NCBI RefSeq assembly: GCF_045112255.1
Contig: NZ_JBGUHR010000015.1
Span: 863-64,862, forward strand
From: Fibrobacter sp.
GTDB taxonomy: Bacteria > Fibrobacterota > Fibrobacteria > Fibrobacterales > Fibrobacteraceae
DNA: 64,000 nucleotides
Direction of reading: 5' to 3'
Shown here: positions 1-9,741 of the stretch, in pieces
Layout: each line of letters opens with the position of its first letter
How positions within the stretch are numbered: position 1 is the stretch's first letter
The notes under the pieces: model-generated
Database searches by the model: none
What the model was told of the DNA's origin: nothing
The model's input: only the letters and a program-made list of their open reading frames with translations
Made by a program: the position numbers and the translations under genes

Positions 1-180
1 GCCCATTTTTTCGAAATCTGTCAGAGCGGCTTCGACAAACGACACATTCGGATTAGCCCTTAATGTCGGCACCTTGTTCGGGTGGCGCGTTGCAACAACA
101 ACTTCGTGCCCCTTTTCCAAGAGGGCCTTGACCACATAATGACCAATAAAGCCGGTTCCACCCGTTACAAAGACTCGCAT
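1..180 (-). CDS. NAD-dependent epimerase/dehydratase family protein (N-terminal part; runs off window)
   Basis: Manual translation from ATG at 180 gives MRVFVTGGTGFIGHYVVKALLEKGHEV, a Rossmann GxxGxxG motif; AGGAG RBS upstream. Confidence 0.85.
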   Translation of the reverse strand, partial: MRVFVTGGTGFIGHYVVKALLEKGHEVVVATRHPNKVPTLRANPNVSFVEAALTDFEKMG

Positions 181-312
181 AAGAACTCCTTTTTAACACC
201 TATTTTTTCCAATATAGATTTTGTCACCGCAATTCGGCAAGATTCATAAAAATTTATTTGCAGATTTAGGGAGCATTTCAGGTAGTTTTTAAGGATTTTA
301 ACATAGCGATTT

Positions 313-368
313 CTACCAGCTATCAACTAATAACTATTGACCAACAACTATTGACCAATAACTAATTT
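313..368. repeat. Degenerate heptamer tandem repeat (CTATTGA/CCAATAA-like)
   Basis: About 8 consecutive 7-mers: ctaccag ctatcaa ctaataa ctattga ccaacaa ctattga ccaataa ctaattt. Confidence 0.7.
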
Positions 369-408
369 ACTAGATTAAATCACGAAAAAAATTTTTGTGA
401 GGTTTTTT

Positions 409-1443
409 ATGTCCCGTTTACGCGTTTTGGTTCTGATGGGCGGCCCATCTACCGAACATGATGTTTCTGTCGTTAGCGGTACTGGCGTTGTGCGCGCCAT
501 GGATCCGGAAAAGTACAACATCCACCCGGTGCTCATCGACAAGGACGGCACCTGGCACTGGTCTTCCCGTGAACTTTCTCCGTACCAGAAGGCAAACTTT
601 TCGGAAAACTATTTCCATAGCCTCGAAGGCACGGCAGCGAACAAGAAGAAATCCCCGGCACTTTCGGAACTCCCGTCGGCAGACATCGCATTCCTCGCCC
701 TCCACGGCAAGTGGGGTGAAGACGGCCACATCCAGGCCATGCTCGAAAACTGGAACATCCCGTACACGGGTTGCGGCCTTTTGGCATCTGCTCTCGCCAT
801 GGACAAGATCAAGTCCAAGGAAATTTACCGTGCAAACGGCATCCCGACTCCGCCTTACCGCGTGATCTGGAAGCACAACTTTACCGGCGACACGCTCGTA
901 AGCGTTGCCGACGAACTCGGATTCCCGCTTGTGATCAAGGACCCGCTGGGAGGCTCTTCTATCGGGATCGGCATCGCCAAGAACATCGACGAAGCGGGCA
1001 AGATTGCCCAGGACTTGTTCAAGGATTCCAACCGTCTGCTCTGCGAAAAGTTCATCGCCGGTGGCGAAGCGAGCTGCGGCTACATCGAAGGCGAAAAGCC
1101 ACTCCCGCCGACGGAAATGCGCATGACGACCCGCGAATACTTTGACTTCGAAGCGAAGTACAACGGCGAATGCCAGGAAGTCACTCCGGCGGAATTTGCA
1201 CCGGAACTCACAGCCCGCATACAGGAACTTGTGAAAAACGCCCACTACGCTTTGGGTGGTGCAGGCTACAGCCGCACGGATGTGCGCATCACGAAGGATG
1301 GCGAACTCTTTGCGATCGAGACGAACACGCTCCCGGGCATGACCCCGACATCGCTGTTACCGCAACAGGCCGCCTGCATTGGCATCACCTACAGCCAGCT
1401 CATCGACCTCATCATCGACAAGAGCTTGGAGATTAAGCGTTAG
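409..1443 (+). CDS. ddl: D-alanine--D-alanine ligase
   Basis: GGPSTEHDVS, LHGKWGEDG, GSSIG, FDFEAKY and ETNTLPGMT ATP-grasp motifs; ATG at 409 preferred over GTG 397. Confidence 0.95.
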   Translation: MSRLRVLVLMGGPSTEHDVSVVSGTGVVRAMDPEKYNIHPVLIDKDGTWHWSSRELSPYQKANFSENYFHSLEGTAANKKKSPALSELPSADIAFLALHGKWGEDGHIQAMLENWNIPYTGCGLLASALAMDKIKSKEIYRANGIPTPPYRVIWKHNFTGDTLVSVADELGFPLVIKDPLGGSSIGIGIAKNIDEAGKIAQDLFKDSNRLLCEKFIAGGEASCGYIEGEKPLPPTEMRMTTREYFDFEAKYNGECQEVTPAEFAPELTARIQELVKNAHYALGGAGYSRTDVRITKDGELFAIETNTLPGMTPTSLLPQQAACIGITYSQLIDLIIDKSLEIKR

Positions 1444-1445
1444 TC

Positions 1446-2075
1446 ATGAACTACGATCTTTTTGTGGACACTTCCCGAAAGGGTATTGCAATGGCGCTGT
1501 GTGCTGACGGCGTGTACGAAGAAATGGTCGATCCGTCTGCCAAGGGTGAAATCCTGAGCGCAAGTTTGGATAATCTCTTGGCTAAGGTCGGTGCCACACT
1601 TGACGACGTGAAGCGCGTCATGGTGACTGTCGGGCCGGGATCGTTCAGCGGACTGCGCACGGGCGTCGCATTCTGCCAGGGGCTATGCTTTAGCGGCAAG
1701 CGCAATTTGTATGGTGTGACGACATTGCAAGCACTAGCCTGCTTTGCCGGAGTTCCCGACGAATCTGTTGCCGTCGTGATTCGCGCGCGCAATGGATTCT
1801 GGTACTTGCGCTTGAACAACGAAGAGAGTTTTATCGAAACTGCGGATGTCGTTGCTCGACTCCAGGCAAGCTCCGTGAAGAACGCCGTTGTCGATGCAGC
1901 CGCACTTGCAGACGAAACGCTCGTCACTGTATTCAAGGACAAGGGAATTGCAACGACTCTCGATACCGACAAGAAGCTCGACATGTGGACCCCGCTTTTT
2001 GATACGGTGAAGCCTTCGCTCATTCAAGAAGCGAACTACATCCAGCCCTCGTACTTCGAGAAGCTGAAGGTGTAG
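1446..2075 (+). CDS. tsaB: tRNA threonylcarbamoyladenosine biosynthesis protein TsaB
   Basis: VDTS and VTVGPGSFSGLRTG signature; followed by rimI as is common. Confidence 0.9.
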   Translation: MNYDLFVDTSRKGIAMALCADGVYEEMVDPSAKGEILSASLDNLLAKVGATLDDVKRVMVTVGPGSFSGLRTGVAFCQGLCFSGKRNLYGVTTLQALACFAGVPDESVAVVIRARNGFWYLRLNNEESFIETADVVARLQASSVKNAVVDAAALADETLVTVFKDKGIATTLDTDKKLDMWTPLFDTVKPSLIQEANYIQPSYFEKLKV

Positions 2076-2094
2076 TAGGAAGTAGGAATAATGC

Positions 2095-2138
2095 GTCACC
2101 CTGAGCGAAAGGCGTAGCCCGAAGTCGAAGGAACCAGT
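2095..2138. repeat. REP-like palindromic element
   Basis: GTCACCCTGAGC...GAAGGAACCAG, similar to other intergenic copies in the window. Confidence 0.6.
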
Positions 2139-2158
2139 AAAGTATTGAGATTGCAATA

Positions 2159-2614
2159 ATGAAACTGCGCGAGATGACCGAAAACGACTTGCCTCAAGTT
2201 CTCGAATTGCAACGGGAACTTGCGTTTCAGGATTGGAATGAAAAGCAGTTCTTGTCCGAGATTCGAGCCAGTTACGCGTACTGCGTCGTCTGCGAGGATG
2301 ACTGCGGCAGTTCAAATAGCGACGCAAGCCGCGCACTCTTGGGCTATGCGATTTTCCATTTGCTCGGCCCCGATTCCGAACTGTTGAGTATCGCCACACG
2401 CGCTTCTGAACAGCGCAAGGGCATCGGGAGCGAGCTTCTGAAAGCGGGTCTGGACAAACTCACCGAAAGCGGCGACCAGTGCTTTTTGGAAGTCCGCGAC
2501 GGCAACGCCAAGGCTCGCGCCTTTTACGAGAAGCACGGATTCAAGCTGTACAGCGTCCGTAAAAAATACTATTCCGATGGCGAAGACGCCGCATTGTACA
2601 AGTTCAGCAGGTAA
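2159..2614 (+). CDS. rimI: Ribosomal protein S18-alanine N-acetyltransferase (GNAT)
   Basis: QRKGIG acetyl-CoA motif, FLEVR..N..A..FYEKHGF, RKKYY..GEDA. Confidence 0.9.
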   Translation: MKLREMTENDLPQVLELQRELAFQDWNEKQFLSEIRASYAYCVVCEDDCGSSNSDASRALLGYAIFHLLGPDSELLSIATRASEQRKGIGSELLKAGLDKLTESGDQCFLEVRDGNAKARAFYEKHGFKLYSVRKKYYSDGEDAALYKFSR

Positions 2615-2619
2615 CAACT

Positions 2620-3480
2620 TTGTCAAAAATTCTAAAATCAGAAAAAATTGACCATAAGAAAAAAAGCTTCAGCATCGGTTTTGCATTGCTGATCTTACTG
2701 GCTATAGCCGTTTTGACTTATGTCATTTTTGAAAAAAGCGGACTCTGGCTTGTCGAAGATGACGATTTCGAACATGTAAAATGGGTTGCCGTACTCGATG
2801 GACAAACGCCCGACCTGGAACGCAGCGACTACGCCGCCAACCTTTTAAAAGAAGGGATTGCAGATTCCGTACTCATTCTCGGACGCCGCGCCTACCGCGA
2901 TCGCAGCAATTCCGAATTTTACGCCGAAGACTTCATGAAGCTCGGCGCATTCGACGAAAAAGCCATTTATCTCGTTCCGCACAACGATCCGTCCACAATC
3001 GCCGAAGCCTATACGCTTATCCCATGGCTAAAGAGCCGAAACATCGATACGGTCCTTTTGCTAACGGGCGCAACTTCAACGTACCGCGTCAAAAGAATTT
3101 TCCAAAAGCTTTCCGGGAACAGCCCTGTTTACCTCACAAAAAATATCCACCACATCACATACGACCCTGCATGCTGGTACAACAACCGAGAATCGCGCAA
3201 GGACTGGCTCCGCAGCTGGGCGGCTTTGTTTGCATCGTACATTGACCTTTTCAATATCGACACACTAAGCGTTGCAGATTCTTCTTACTACAAGCCCATC
3301 CGTTCTTACGCAGAATACAAAAAAGAAATGCGGCCCAAAGTAAACTTGCAAAAGATTCTTCCCAAGATCGAAGAAAAGATAAAGGCTGAATCTGAAAAGG
3401 AAATTCTCAAGGATTCCGTCGCAGCGGCTGTGAAAGATTCGAGCAAGACGCAGGAAAAAGCAAAGCCAGGCAAGAAATAA
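2620..3480 (+). CDS. YdcF/DUF218-like membrane-anchored protein
   Basis: N-terminal TM helix; V(A)VLDG, ST.AEA, VLLLT...TYR pattern. Confidence 0.6.
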   Translation: MSKILKSEKIDHKKKSFSIGFALLILLAIAVLTYVIFEKSGLWLVEDDDFEHVKWVAVLDGQTPDLERSDYAANLLKEGIADSVLILGRRAYRDRSNSEFYAEDFMKLGAFDEKAIYLVPHNDPSTIAEAYTLIPWLKSRNIDTVLLLTGATSTYRVKRIFQKLSGNSPVYLTKNIHHITYDPACWYNNRESRKDWLRSWAALFASYIDLFNIDTLSVADSSYYKPIRSYAEYKKEMRPKVNLQKILPKIEEKIKAESEKEILKDSVAAAVKDSSKTQEKAKPGKK

Positions 3481-3548
3481 TGGATCCTCCTAACGGAGGA
3501 TGACGAGACTTAACTGGATCCTTCAGCCCTACGGGCTTCAGGATGACG
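3481..3548. repeat. Tandem REP-like palindromes between convergent genes
   Basis: TGGATCCTCC..GGAGGATGACG and CTGGATCCTTCAGCCC..GGGCTTCAGGATGACG. Confidence 0.7.
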
Positions 3549-3588
3549 GAGAAGCGGCTTCAGGAGACGGTGAAACGGCGCATTTCAC

Positions 3589-5262
3589 TCAAGCGCTGAG
3601 CAGCAACAGTGCTGCGGTCAATGGAGCGCTCCAGTTAATCGCGACTTCGTTACTTGCAAAAGAACTCTGTTCATCTGCATACGACAGGCCGCGGGCCTCG
3701 CCCAAGTAATGCGGATTTCTGTGCATGTCCTGGCGATCCTCGTTAATGCCGCCCACGACAAGCCCCGGCACAGGTTCATCGACACCATCGGAATGGCTAA
3801 TGCGGTGATGCGGGAACTTCGGAGAACTCCATGCAGAACCCGTTACAAAGCACACATCTACAGGATTCTTGCCGTAAACAAATTCAATCTGCTCCATTAC
3901 GGCATTGCGGTACTTCGAATCGTGAAACCATTCATACGCTAAATACAAAGTAAGCGCATGGTTTGCAATATCGCCATTGCTCCCCCAAATAAATTTGCGG
4001 ATCGAAAGGCGATAAGGATCTTCATTTTGCAAATGCAAGATTTCGTCAGCGGTATATTTAAAAGCCATCCGCGCACGGTCTCGCCACTTGCAGTCCATGG
4101 TCGCAAGAGCATACCAAGCCAAGTTCTGCGTCGAGCGCCACTGCATCCCGTACGTCGGCAAGTACAAATCCATATCAACAGGGATTTGGAATTCCAATCG
4201 TTCCAGCAAGCCCGCGACTCCAATATCGGCTATGCTTTCAACATTCTTCAGTTCCCGGTACAGCATCGCGCGCGCCCAGAAAAAGTCATCGCCCAGATCA
4301 GGGTCGCCATAACCGCCACTGCCTTCGGTATTGTGAGGCCATTCGACTTCAGGATTTTTTTCGGCCCACAGGTAAGCGCGAATGCTTGCAAACAAGCACT
4401 TCTCTGCAAATTCACTATCGACATCCGCATAAACATGATGCGCCTGCGCCAAGGCGCCCGCAAAGTTGAGCGCGGAAGACGTTGACTTGCCAAGAATGTA
4501 GCGCTTCTGCGATTTATCCGATTCCGACGGCGAAACAAAGCCGTCCCAGCGGTAAGGAGTCACCTTGAAGAAAACGCCGCCATCGTCATCTTGCATACGC
4601 AAGAAAAATTCCAGTTCAAAGCGGACTTCGTCAAGCAAGCTCACCGGCTGTTCAAACGATTCCTTAAACGAGGCGCCACCAACAAAACAAGAATCCTTAC
4701 GCAATTCGCAGGCAAGCATCAAGGTTGCAACACTTACGCCGCCATTCACAATGTACTTGCCGTAATCGCCGGCATCGTACCAACCGCCATGCGCGTTCCA
4801 GACGCCAGGACGGTTCATCGTCGGATGAAACTCAAGCGCATCATCCAAATGCGCAGCCGGGCGATTCCATGCGCCAGCATATTTCGCAGGCAGTTCAACA
4901 CCGCTCCGCTGATAATAGAACGACTTGATGTTCGCCTTGACTTCGCGTTTGAGCCACTCGTCCGAGATTTCAAACAAATGCGATTCCGAATTAAAATCAT
5001 CCAAGGCAATCCTGTATCGCCCTGGATTTTTCACCGGCGAAAAATCGCCTTTGTACAAAAGTTCACCCGTATATTCGGGCGTACCAATTTTTTCGGCAAG
5101 GCCCTCGTAGACCACGTGCGATTCAAAATCCAATATTTTAAACCGAACCGATACGGCTGATTTACCAACGGTCAATACGTCGCCTTCAGAAAAGGCAATC
5201 AGAAAAGTTTTTGATTCAGCTGGGACGTACCCGACATGGCAGTAATGGATTTTGGCGCTCAT
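3589..5262 (-). CDS. Glycoside hydrolase family 9 with N-terminal Ig-like domain
   Basis: FYYQRSG, GGWYDAGDYGKY, PHHR and NEVAINW GH9 motifs. Confidence 0.92.
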   Translation of the reverse strand: MSAKIHYCHVGYVPAESKTFLIAFSEGDVLTVGKSAVSVRFKILDFESHVVYEGLAEKIGTPEYTGELLYKGDFSPVKNPGRYRIALDDFNSESHLFEISDEWLKREVKANIKSFYYQRSGVELPAKYAGAWNRPAAHLDDALEFHPTMNRPGVWNAHGGWYDAGDYGKYIVNGGVSVATLMLACELRKDSCFVGGASFKESFEQPVSLLDEVRFELEFFLRMQDDDGGVFFKVTPYRWDGFVSPSESDKSQKRYILGKSTSSALNFAGALAQAHHVYADVDSEFAEKCLFASIRAYLWAEKNPEVEWPHNTEGSGGYGDPDLGDDFFWARAMLYRELKNVESIADIGVAGLLERLEFQIPVDMDLYLPTYGMQWRSTQNLAWYALATMDCKWRDRARMAFKYTADEILHLQNEDPYRLSIRKFIWGSNGDIANHALTLYLAYEWFHDSKYRNAVMEQIEFVYGKNPVDVCFVTGSAWSSPKFPHHRISHSDGVDEPVPGLVVGGINEDRQDMHRNPHYLGEARGLSYADEQSSFASNEVAINWSAPLTAALLLLSA

Positions 5263-5448
5263 ACCCTAAGAATAACTTTTTTAAGGCAAGTGCGGACAAG
5301 AAATCAGACTTCCTTATGTTTACTTCAGGGAACAGACAAAAAATGTAAAAGTAAAACTTGTTTTACATCAAACAAAATGCCAAAATAGCTTATCTGTTTT
5401 GATTTCTTTTATTACACTTTTCTCACTTTTATATTTAGATTTTATACT

Positions 5449-7779
5449 ATGAAAAAGCCAGTCAAAATTACCCTCATCGTCCTAGGATCACTGATCCTCC
5501 TCTACTTCATCGCCCTCCTCGTGGCGCCCAAGATCGCCCGCAGCTACATCGAAGAGCACTCCAAGGAAATGATCGGCCGAAGTATTACGATCAAGGACAT
5601 TAGCCTAAACCCGTTCACCTACGTCCTGGACGTCGATACGCTCGCGGTCATGGAAGCCGACGACAAGACGCCCTTTGTCGCGTTCGAAAAGTTCAGCATG
5701 AACATAAACCCGCTCAAGCTCTTCACAAAAACGCTAGACATTAGCGATATCTACATGAAAGCGCTTTATGTCCGCGTCAAGCAGCACGGCGAGCGATTCA
5801 ATTTCACAGACATCCTGGAACACCTCGCAAGGCAAGACAGCATCTACTATGCCGAGCACCCCGATGAGAAAAAAGCCGAGGACAACAGCAACAAGAGCGC
5901 AGCCGAAATCGCAGCCGGCCTCCCCGTCAAGCTGAGCCTCCGCAATATCGTCTTTGAAAAAGGCAACATTATTTATCAGGACACAAAAGTCGGTTCCAAG
6001 TTCCACATCAAGGATTTCTCGATCAACATCCCAGCAATATACCTGGAAGACAACGCGACTGGCGTCGATGTCAGTCTGAGATTTGCTGACGGTGGCGACC
6101 TTTCCGTGAAAGTCGATGCCAATATGGCAACATACGATTTCAACATCTACCTGAATCTGCACCGCTTCGCACTGGCCTGCATCAAGCCTTACCTCAACGA
6201 CTTCATCAACTACAAGGATTTCGCAGGATACCTTTCTGCAAACCTCACCATCAGCGGAAACATCAACAGCATCCTCTCTTCGAATGTCAAGGGTAAAGTT
6301 TCGCTCGACAATATCGACCTCACCGAAAACAGCGGCCACAAGCTCGGCGCCGAGAACGTAACCGTCGGCATCGGTAAAGCAAACCTGACCGACAACGAAT
6401 ACCTCATCGATTCCGTCATCGTGGATGCAGCGTTCGCGCATATCGACTTGTACAAGAACGGCAAGACGAATTTCGACATTCTCCTCGATCCGAAGAACAA
6501 AGGACAGGACATCGATACAACGAACGTCACCGAGACAAAATCGAAGGAAGAACCGAAAGAAGAACCCAAGGCTGAAGCCGCTGCAACAGATTCGTCAAGC
6601 GTAGCCGCAGCAGACTCTACGGCAAAGCCTGCTCCAGCAAAGAAGCTCAAGGCAAGGATCAACAAGCTTCTTGTCAAGAACACATACGTTACAGCCACCG
6701 ACCACACCATCATCCGTCCGTTCAATTACAAGGTAACCGCCATTACCGTCACCGGCCAGAATATCAACTACGATACGCCTTGCAACGTGAATGTCACGGC
6801 ATCATTCCCCGAAGGCGGAAGCCTCTCGCTCAAGTACCACGGCGCCCTCAGCAACCTCAATACGATGGACATCTACATCAGCGTAAAAAATCTCGTGCTC
6901 AAGCATTTCTCGAACTATTCGTTGCACTACACGGCCTACCCCATCAAGGCAGGCACACTCGCCTTTGCAAGCGAAAACAAGATTGTAGACCGCAACCTCG
7001 ATAGCAAAAATACCATTGACATTTACAATATCACCGTCGGAAACAAGGTAGACGACATCGACCCGGAATACACCGTTCCGATGAAGATAGGTCTCTACAT
7101 CTTGAAGGACAAGGATGACAAGATCCAGTTCGACGTTCCGGTCAAGGGAAATCTCGACGACCCAGAATTCTCTTACGGAAAGATCATCTGGAAAACCGTC
7201 TTGAACCTGCTCGTCAAGGTCGCCGTTTCTCCGTTCAGACTCGTCGGGAACCTGGCCATGGCAGGCGCCAACGCGCTCGGTTTCGACCTCGGCAAGAACA
7301 ACGAAGTGGTTATTGACGCAAACACCGAGACATTCACTAGCGAACAGTACGCCAAGGCCATCAAGATGACCGAAATGATCCAGAAGGATCCAAACCTCAT
7401 GCTGACCTTCACGCAGTACTACAATCCGAGAAGGACGGCCAAGGAATACAAGGTCAAGCAGCTCAAGATTGACTACTACAAACAAAAGAACAACAAGACG
7501 GAATTGAACGAACTCGACCACAGAGCCATTGACGAAATGGACGAAAGCGAAAAGGAATTCAAGGCTTACGTCAAGGAACACTCGGCTGAAATCGACAAGA
7601 ATTACATGATGAAGGTTCTCCCCAAGATGGCAGCCCAGCGCAACGCCGACCTTCTCAAGGTTCTGCGCGCACAGCCGGGCGTCACCAAGAAGAACCTGAA
7701 AGTCATCACGGCTCCGAGAGAATCGCTCCGCAACTACAAGGACAAGCCGATGTATAAAGTCGACGTGGACGTGCAGTAA
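5449..7779 (+). CDS. DUF748 / AsmA-like envelope protein
   Basis: N-terminal TM, beta-rich body, ISLNPFT, LKDKDDKIQFDVPVKGNLDDPEFS. Confidence 0.8.
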   Translation: MKKPVKITLIVLGSLILLYFIALLVAPKIARSYIEEHSKEMIGRSITIKDISLNPFTYVLDVDTLAVMEADDKTPFVAFEKFSMNINPLKLFTKTLDISDIYMKALYVRVKQHGERFNFTDILEHLARQDSIYYAEHPDEKKAEDNSNKSAAEIAAGLPVKLSLRNIVFEKGNIIYQDTKVGSKFHIKDFSINIPAIYLEDNATGVDVSLRFADGGDLSVKVDANMATYDFNIYLNLHRFALACIKPYLNDFINYKDFAGYLSANLTISGNINSILSSNVKGKVSLDNIDLTENSGHKLGAENVTVGIGKANLTDNEYLIDSVIVDAAFAHIDLYKNGKTNFDILLDPKNKGQDIDTTNVTETKSKEEPKEEPKAEAAATDSSSVAAADSTAKPAPAKKLKARINKLLVKNTYVTATDHTIIRPFNYKVTAITVTGQNINYDTPCNVNVTASFPEGGSLSLKYHGALSNLNTMDIYISVKNLVLKHFSNYSLHYTAYPIKAGTLAFASENKIVDRNLDSKNTIDIYNITVGNKVDDIDPEYTVPMKIGLYILKDKDDKIQFDVPVKGNLDDPEFSYGKIIWKTVLNLLVKVAVSPFRLVGNLAMAGANALGFDLGKNNEVVIDANTETFTSEQYAKAIKMTEMIQKDPNLMLTFTQYYNPRRTAKEYKVKQLKIDYYKQKNNKTELNELDHRAIDEMDESEKEFKAYVKEHSAEIDKNYMMKVLPKMAAQRNADLLKVLRAQPGVTKKNLKVITAPRESLRNYKDKPMYKVDVDVQ

Positions 7780-7803
7780 CGAGCTGTTCAAGTAATTGCA
7801 AAG

Positions 7804-7844
7804 AACCCGCTGGCAGAAGCTTGCTAGCGGGTTTACTGTTTTTT
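7804..7844 (+). terminator. Intrinsic terminator
   Basis: AACCCGCTGGCA/TGCTAGCGGGTT hairpin followed by T-rich tract. Confidence 0.7.
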
Positions 7845-7853
7845 GGCAGGTAC

Positions 7854-7882
7854 TTGACAGAGGCTCTTCTTTAGTGTACATT
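7854..7882 (+). promoter_or_regulatory. Sigma70-type promoter, probably leaderless transcript
   Basis: TTGACA-17 nt-TACATT, ending 7 nt before ATG 7890. Confidence 0.7.
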
Positions 7883-7889
7883 TGTATAT

Positions 7890-8900
7890 ATGAAAGAAAT
7901 TTTGCTGTACAAGACTGATAACGAAGAAGTCAAAGTTGAAATTTTATTGCTCAACGAAAATCTTTGGCTTACACAGGCTAAAATGGCCGAGCTTTTTGAT
8001 GTTCAAAAAGCGGCAATATCAAAACATTTGAAGAACATCTTTGAAAGTGGAGAACTTGATGAAAAAGTGGTCGTTTCCAAAATGGAAACAACCACTCCGC
8101 ATGGCGCTATTGCTGGCAAAGAACAAACCAAGCACACAAACATCTACAATCTCGATGCCATCATTGCAGTCGGTTACCGCATCAATTCCAAAAAAGCGAC
8201 AATGTTCCGCATTTGGGCGACAAAAGTCCTAAAGGAATATATTGTTAAAGGTTTCGTCATGAATGACGAACGCCTGAAAGACCCGCAGAATTTCTTCGGC
8301 AAAGATTATTTCGAAGAACAACTGGAACGCATTCGTGAAATCCGCGCAAGTGAGCGCCGTTTTTACCAGAAGATAACGGACATCTACGCAAAATGTAGCG
8401 CCGACTACAGCTTTGATAGCCAGATTACGCAGGATTTTTTCGCTACAGTCCAAAACAAATTGCATTATGCAGTAACACATCAAACCGCTGCAGAAATAAT
8501 CTATTCTCGTGCGAATAGCAAAAAATTAAATATGGGACTCACAACCTGGAAAAATGCCCCAAACGGAGATATCCGCAAACCTGATGTTTCCATCGCCAAA
8601 AATTATCTGTCGCAAGATGAAATCAAAAGTTTGAATGAAATCGTCACCATGTACTTGGACTACGCGGAACGTCAGGCTAAACGAGGTCAAGTCATGTATA
8701 TGAAAGACTGGGTGCAAAAACTCAATGCATTCTTGCAATTCAACGAAGAAGATGTTCTACAAGACAAAGGCAAAGTCACACATGAAATAGCCAAAGCTTT
8801 TGCCGAAAATGAATTCGAAAAGTTCCGCGTGATTCGCGATGCCACCTACAAAAGTGATTTTGACAAACTGATGGAAGCTACTGCAGAATATAAGGTGTAA
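7890..8900 (+). CDS. Virulence RhuM family protein
   Basis: LWLTQAKMAELF, YNLDAIIAVGYRINS..AT.FRIWAT, IRASERRFYQKITD. Confidence 0.9.
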   Translation: MKEILLYKTDNEEVKVEILLLNENLWLTQAKMAELFDVQKAAISKHLKNIFESGELDEKVVVSKMETTTPHGAIAGKEQTKHTNIYNLDAIIAVGYRINSKKATMFRIWATKVLKEYIVKGFVMNDERLKDPQNFFGKDYFEEQLERIREIRASERRFYQKITDIYAKCSADYSFDSQITQDFFATVQNKLHYAVTHQTAAEIIYSRANSKKLNMGLTTWKNAPNGDIRKPDVSIAKNYLSQDEIKSLNEIVTMYLDYAERQAKRGQVMYMKDWVQKLNAFLQFNEEDVLQDKGKVTHEIAKAFAENEFEKFRVIRDATYKSDFDKLMEATAEYKV

Positions 8901-8946
8901 TGAGTTATTATAGTTGCTAAATAATGACGCAGCCGTCCAAAAAGGC

Positions 8947-8975
8947 TTGACAGAGCTATCAAAAAGCTGTATATT
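8947..8975 (+). promoter_or_regulatory. ruvAB promoter
   Basis: TTGACA-17 nt-TATATT. Confidence 0.75.
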
Positions 8976-8983
8976 TGAGCAGT

Positions 8984-8997
8984 AGCACAAAAGAGCA
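8984..8997. promoter_or_regulatory. Putative LexA (SOS) box
   Basis: AGCAC-AAAA-GAGCA (reverse complement TGCTC-N4-GTGCT), one mismatch to the Fibrobacter LexA consensus TGCNC-N4-GTGCA as recalled; lies just downstream of the -10. Confidence 0.65.
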
Positions 8998-9015
8998 TAA
9001 GTTTTTGGAGTTTCT

Positions 9016-9624
9016 ATGATCGAACGAATTCGCGGCATCCTGGTACAGAAAACGCCCACATTTGTCGTTGTGGAATGTGCCGGAGTCGGTTACGGCGTCA
9101 ACATTTCTGCATTTACAGCAGGCAAGCTGCCCGAAGAAGGGGCCGAAATCACCCTGCACACGAATCTCGTGGTGCGAGAAGATTCCATGACGCTGTTTGG
9201 ATTTGCTGACACGACCGAAAAGAACCTCTTTCTCATGCTTCTGGATGTGAACGGAGTCGGCCCAAAGCTTGCCCAGCGGATTCTGAGTGGCAGCACTCCA
9301 GCAGACCTTCTGAACATGATTGCAAGCGACAACAAGGCGGCTCTTGGGAAAATCAAGGGTCTCGGCAAAAAGACCTGCGAGCAGATGACGCTCACGCTCA
9401 AGGAAAAGGCGTCTAACATGTTGCAATCCCTCGGCGATGTCGAGGGTAGCGGGATTACAAGCGTCGGCGCTTTGACGGGCGCAAAGCTTGAAGCGGTCTT
9501 AGCACTGCACACGCTCGGAGTCAAGGACCCGATGGCAGAAAAAGCGGTTGTGAAAGCCGTTGAAGTTCTCGGAGATGGCGTTGATGCCGCTGCACTTATC
9601 CCGGAGGCGTTAAAATATTTGTAA
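9016..9624 (+). CDS. ruvA: Holliday junction branch migration protein RuvA
   Basis: GVGY, VREDSMTLFGF, GVGPKLA and GLGKKT HhH motifs. Confidence 0.95.
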   Translation: MIERIRGILVQKTPTFVVVECAGVGYGVNISAFTAGKLPEEGAEITLHTNLVVREDSMTLFGFADTTEKNLFLMLLDVNGVGPKLAQRILSGSTPADLLNMIASDNKAALGKIKGLGKKTCEQMTLTLKEKASNMLQSLGDVEGSGITSVGALTGAKLEAVLALHTLGVKDPMAEKAVVKAVEVLGDGVDAAALIPEALKYL

Positions 9625-9629
9625 AAGGA

Positions 9630-9741
9630 GATGCCCCCCGGAATAAATCCGGGGTGACAAACGGCGGGCATGACAAGCCCCTAAGACAATAACTATTGGC
9701 TACTGACCACTGACTACTGACTATTGACCAAGAACTAGAAT
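9630..9741. repeat. REP-like palindrome plus heptamer tandem array between ruvA and ruvB
   Basis: CCCCGGAATAAATCCGGGGTGACA, then ctattgg ctactga ccactga ctactga ctattga ccaagaa. Confidence 0.7.
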
